Positions 61,378 to 64,000 of a DNA stretch of 64,000 nt are shown here, piece by piece. The first letter of the stretch is position 1; every line of letters starts with the position of its first letter. The notes under the pieces were generated by a model. That model saw only the letters and a program-made list of their open reading frames with translations. It did no database searches and was not told the DNA's origin. The stretch is from Raja brachyura (taxonomy: Eukaryota), in NCBI GenBank assembly GCA_963514005.1, contig OY740800.1, positions 30,256,001 to 30,320,000 on the forward strand. Direction: 5' to 3'. The position numbers and the translations under genes are program-made.

Positions 61378-64000
61378 CGTCAATCCGCGTCACGGCTTAT
61401 TCCTCAGATAAGAGACGTACACCAAGACATAACAAGCAATCCAAAAGAAATAAACAATACTTTCACAACTCTTTTATTCTTCTCTTTGCACCTCAGAATT
61501 CCCCTTGGATACTATGAATATGGAAACTTTCATAAATCGTCTATTTAGAAATACCCACTCTGGAATTAGAAGATGCAGAAAATCTAGACCAACCCCTTGG
61601 GCAGGAAGAGATTAATAACGCCATTATGGCGATGCAGAGTGGTAAAACCCCTGGCCCTGACGGCTACCCATTAGAATTTTATAAGAAATTTAAGGTTAAG
61701 CTCACACCTGTTCTTTTAGAAATGTTTGAAGAATCTTTGGAAAAAGGTTCATTACCCCCACCCTTTCACAGGCTTCTATTTCACTTCTTAAAAAAGACAA
61801 GGATCCGACTCAATGTGGATCATATCGCCCCATCTCACTTTTGAATGTAGAGGTAAAAATTTTGGCGAAGGCGCTGGCTTGCCGTTTAGAATGCCAACCT
61901 CACAAAATACTCAGAAGATCAAACAGGTTCATTAAAAATCGTCATTCCTTTTCTAATATCCGCCAATTGGCCAGCGTGGTCTATTCGCCCAGTGCTTCTC
62001 CGCGCCCAGAGGCTGTTATCTCTTTGGACGCGGAGAAGGCATTCGAGCGCGTGGGGTGGCCATAATTGTTCAGAGTCTTGGAGAGATTTGGATTTGGCAA
62101 AATATTTGTAGCCTGGGTTAAGCTATTATATCATTCACCCTTAGCATGTGTACAGACCAATTATTTGCGATCTGATTATTTTCAATTAACACCTGACACT
62201 CGTCAAGGCTGTCCATTGTCTCAGCTTCTCTTTGCGATTGCAATTGAGCCTCTCTCTATTACACTTGGGTCAACTACGTTATTCCAGGGCATTAGGAGAG
62301 GAAACAGGGAACATCGTGTGTCTCTAATACGCTGATGACCTTTTTTATGTCAGCGACCCTATAGCCAGTAGCCCTGCAATTGTGTCCTTGTTGGATCAGT
62401 TTGGGACATTTTTCCGGCTACAAACTAAACCTCCAAAAAAGCAAATGCTTTCCCCTCAACTTAGCCTTACAGATCCAACAGGAAACCCTGCCCTTTCCCA
62501 TATCTCAAGAAGGGTTTGTATATTTAGGAATACACATCACCCACTTTTTCACATCCCTGTTTGCAGCTAACTACATGCCTCAAGTTAGCCAAATGAAGGC
62601 TGACTTTGAGAGATGGCGTAGTCTGCCACTCACTATGGCTGGGAGAGTGCAGTCAGTGAAGATGACTGTACTTCCCAGATTTCTTTACTTGTTCCAATGT
62701 TTGCCGGTTTTCCTACCCAAGTCATTTTTTAACTCAGTTAACGAATCTATAACCTCCTTTATATGGGGTAACAAGTTTCCAAGGGTCAATAAGTGCACTC
62801 TCCAAAGAGGTTGTAAAGTAGGTGGACTGGGCCTTCCTAGCTTTATTAATTATTACTGGGCATCCAATATCCAAAAGATATTATTCTGGCTCCACCGACC
62901 AGATACAGACTGGTGTCTGCTTGAATCACAATCCTGTTACTCCTCGTCTCTCCCAGCTTTAGTATATTCCTCCCTGCCATTGAAACCGTCTAGATTTACA
63001 TCTAACCCTGTCGTACTATCAACCATTAAAATCTTTAACCAATTTCGTTGCCATTATAAGCTTACATCAGCTTCAGTTCTGGGTCCCATTCACAGTAACC
63101 ATTTATTCCCCCCCTCTACACTTGACTCAACCTTTCGACAGTGGGGTTTGAATGGTCTTATGTCCATTAAGGATTTATACACTAACAACATATTTGATGG
63201 TTTCAACTAGCTACACAAAAAACATGGCCTCCCACATAATCATTTCTTTAAATATCTTCAGGTTCGCCACTTTGTCATGAAAAAACTTCCTTCTTTTCCT
63301 GATCTCCCTCCTGTCACAGAGTTGGATAAACTCACTCTTACCTTTGCAAATAAAAGACTGATATCTGCAGTATATTCTCAATTGATGTATTTAGGAGATC
63401 AAAACCTGAACAAAGTTAAAGCTAGGTGGGAGGATGACCTTGGTATGGATCTGTCTGAGGAATGCTGGACAGAAGCGCTGAAAAAAGTCCACTCCTCGTC
63501 ATCATGTGCTAGATTGGGGCTCATACAATTTAGTTTTACACAGGGTTCATTTAAGCAAAGCCAGGCTTGGTAACATATATCCAGGGACGGACGCTGGCAG
63601 TGACAGGTGCTCGTTCTCTCCAGCCAATCTAGCTCGTGCATTCTGGTCTTGCGCCAAACTCGTTAAGTGGTTTTTAAAACCATCAGTGAAGTCCTTGGGA
63701 TGACAGCGAGACCTTGCCCGCTTGTAGCTGTATTTGGTGTAACAGATAAAACCTTGGGTTTAAATACAACCCAGTCTGCTATCATTAGATTTACATCACT
63801 TTTGGCCCGTAGGAGAATCTTGCTGGTCTGGAAATCTAACACTCCTCCATCTGCCGCTGCTTGGCTGGAAGTCGTCAAGTTTTTTTTAAGGTTAGAAAAG
63901 ATTAAATTCACATTGAGGGGGTCTGTGAAAAAGTTTTATTTGAAATGGGAACCCTTTTTTATCATACTTTGAGGGTCTAATGCAAATACCTATTGACTGA
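61378..64000 (+). mobile_element. L1-clade LINE ORF2 3' part, degenerate
   Basis: KTPGPDGYPLEFYK, SLDAEKAF, RQGCPLS, YADD, SGYKLN, VKMTVLPRFLYLFQ, GGLGLP and a C-terminal cysteine-rich remnant. Confidence 0.9.

Overview
Vertebrate genomic DNA, not prokaryotic. It is most likely from a cartilaginous fish such as a skate or ray, inferred from the HE1/V-SINE-like, CR1 and Penelope repeat landscape. The only host gene I can support is the 3' part of DDX11 (ChlR1 Fe-S DEAH helicase) on the minus strand: 18 coding exons from 59120 down to the stop at 11532, all GT-AG, phase-consistent, 553 codons plus stop, carrying helicase motifs II-VI. The 5' exons lie outside the window. Introns and the downstream flank are mostly transposable elements: CR1 LINEs, two DIRS1-type tyrosine-recombinase retrotransposons with complete ITR/ICR ends, two HERO-like restriction-like-endonuclease LINE 3' fragments, Penelope fragments with hammerhead-like cores, a Tc1 IR/DR transposon, Tc1- and Tc2-like MITEs, L1 and Rex1 fragments, tRNA-derived SINEs and a U6 retrocopy. 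The most notable observations are: (1) a covarying structured RNA with a canonical kink-turn in the 3'UTR of both HERO-like LINEs; (2) position-conserved splice donor and acceptor sites in both DIRS elements that predict a spliced recombinase mRNA; (3) a decayed DIRS with near-perfect termini carrying a U6 copy; (4) a ~180-bp target-site duplication and a frame-preserving microinversion. All calls were made by eye; TE boundaries are approximate.
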